Below the pieces are notes generated by a model. That model saw nothing but the letters and a program-made list of their open reading frames with translations, was not told the origin of the DNA and did not search any database. A stretch of 64,000 nt of DNA, from the NCBI GenBank assembly GCA_008632985.1, contig QPGO01000074.1:124001-188000 (forward strand), written 5' to 3'. The translations under genes were made by a program, and so were the position numbers. The stretch is from Psammoneis japonica. Its lineage: Eukaryota. Positions 62,322 to 64,000 of the stretch are shown piece after piece; the first letter of the stretch is position 1; each line of letters starts with the position of its first letter.

Positions 62322-64000
62322 GCCTCGGGGTTCTTCCCCATCACCTTCCCAGGACACCGGCCCCACTGGCGCCATTGACAACAACACTGACACAACAGGT
62401 GATGTCATCACTCTGGTTTTCGTGGGCGCGACACATTCAGAACAAGACACTGCAAACTGACACTGTCATCTCCATGCTCCACTGCCTCCCAACAGATGCT
62501 GTCAAGAACTCCAGTGCCGCACCTGCGCTTCGGGCCCCTGGCATGCCCAACACTGTTGCTCCTGCCCTTGCTGTCACAGGTGCTGTTGACACTGTTGTTG
62601 TCTTTTGCCAATGACGTCGCACCGTCATTTTGGAGAAGCCATCAAAAAAGCACACTGCCCAGACTTGTCGAATGAGCATTTAGATTTGGCATGCAACAAG
62701 CTTTGCGATTTGTTTCTGGAGGTGCTGGGTGCCATTGATGTGGGAGTGAAAAGGTCAAAGAAGGTGTTGATCACATCCATGAGGACAACACGGGTTTGTC
62801 TCGCTGTGTGGCTTGTTCAAATCCCCACTGGAATGAAGTGGATGCCACTGGAGAAAAGCCCAGCCTTGACAACAGGTTTGAAGTTGCCAGCTCCATTTGT
62901 GGGGAAGAGTTTCTCTCCATTCTGGTCAACATTGTTGAGAGCAACATCCCTGCCCGCTCCCCAGTGCAAAAGACATTGTTGACGCACAGCAAAGTTGATG
63001 CATCATGGGAGGTGATTTGCTTTGAGAGTGGCAGCTTGTGCCTTGGTGAAACCACCTTTGCTGCAACCTGGAAAAGGAACACAGCATTGATCCGCTCATC
63101 AAGTTTGTTCTCTGCATGGATGCAGCTGGCATGTGGCATGTTCAGGCTGTCACTGTGGAAGGAAGAGGGATGTGTTTTCAACCCAGGTGGGTCACTCGGG
63201 GACAATGCACGAGGTTTTCTATGCATTTCTACATGACATGCACTTTTTGCACCACAATCGTGTGCAATTTTCGAGCTCCCACATGACGCTGTCTTTTTTT
63301 CATGCCTCATCCACAAATCGCGCACACCAAAAATGGCACCATGCCACTGCCACGAACTTGACCATCCTCACACCATCGTCCGCAATGACAAAGAAGGCAA
63401 GAATGCCAAAAGAGGTCAACAAGACTGAGATCAATGCGATGATGTGGTTGAAGTTTTGATTTTTGCCATTTGCCATGTCTTGTGGATGGCCTTTTTCCTC
63501 GTGACATTTTTTGTGCCAATTTTTCTTGTCCTCAGATTGTGATGTGGCATTCTTTGACATGCAAGGCTCTGTTGACTTGATGCTTCACACACGCAACAAT
63601 GCATGTCTTTATGATGTGTCTGTTTGATTTTTGTGATGCATTGAGTGCACTTTAAGTTGGCATGGACGACGCTTTTGGGTCGCGCACAAATGTCAAACAT
63701 TGGCGCTGACAAAAGAATGACTCTGCATTCAGTTTTGAGGGTGCACGGCAATGAAGAAGCCACTGGACGAGTCTGACAGGTGCAACATTGTAAAGCAGAA
63801 CAAAAAAAAGTGACACCCATGTGTTGCACCCATTTTGCTTTGTTCCAAGGTAGAGCCAGTCAACTGCATGTGGAAATGCTGTCTGCACTTCATTGTCACC
63901 ACTGCCTCTGCTCATCAAATGACTTGATCACTCTGCATTCATCAAACTTTGTTGCTGACATTTCAGTGCTGGCATGCAACTGACTCAAGACTCCCACACA
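62322..64000. other. TpA/CpG-depleted decayed sequence, unidentified, continues past the window end
   Basis: Near-absence of TA, TG/CA excess, overlapping Cys/His-rich ORFs. Confidence 0.65.

Overview
Eukaryotic nuclear DNA, most likely from a pennate diatom (inferred from compact genes, 79-127 bp introns, RXL-motif secreted proteins and diatom-style copia/gypsy elements). About 17 host genes alternate with five sharply bounded blocks of decayed repeats at roughly 3.85-5.83, 12.9-16.6, 21.6-28.4, 34.0-35.55 and 51.95-64 kb. The host genes include TMEM43-like, DUF1295, RING-H2, KIN17, a GT-B glycosyltransferase, CCDC25, an ABCC/MRP transporter, an aldo-keto reductase, ACSF3-like, NELF-A-like, a sulfotransferase, an FG-GAP surface protein and PRKRIP1. 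The main result is that TpA dinucleotides in the repeat blocks have been almost completely converted to TpG or CpA (A:T>G:C at TpA, on both strands). Conserved Tyr codons of gypsy, copia and other repeat-block proteins read as Cys or His. Paired LTRs differ by TA/TG/CA. Target-site duplications are altered (TTAA to TTGA and TCAA; CTCCT to CTCCC), which dates the change to genomic DNA after integration. Two younger TIR elements inside or beside the blocks are unmutated. This looks like a RIP-like, repeat-targeted hypermutation system with the opposite direction to fungal RIP. A base-calling artefact caused by modified DNA remains to be excluded. Several genes in the first 11 kb carry 1-bp frameshifts that are probably assembly errors.
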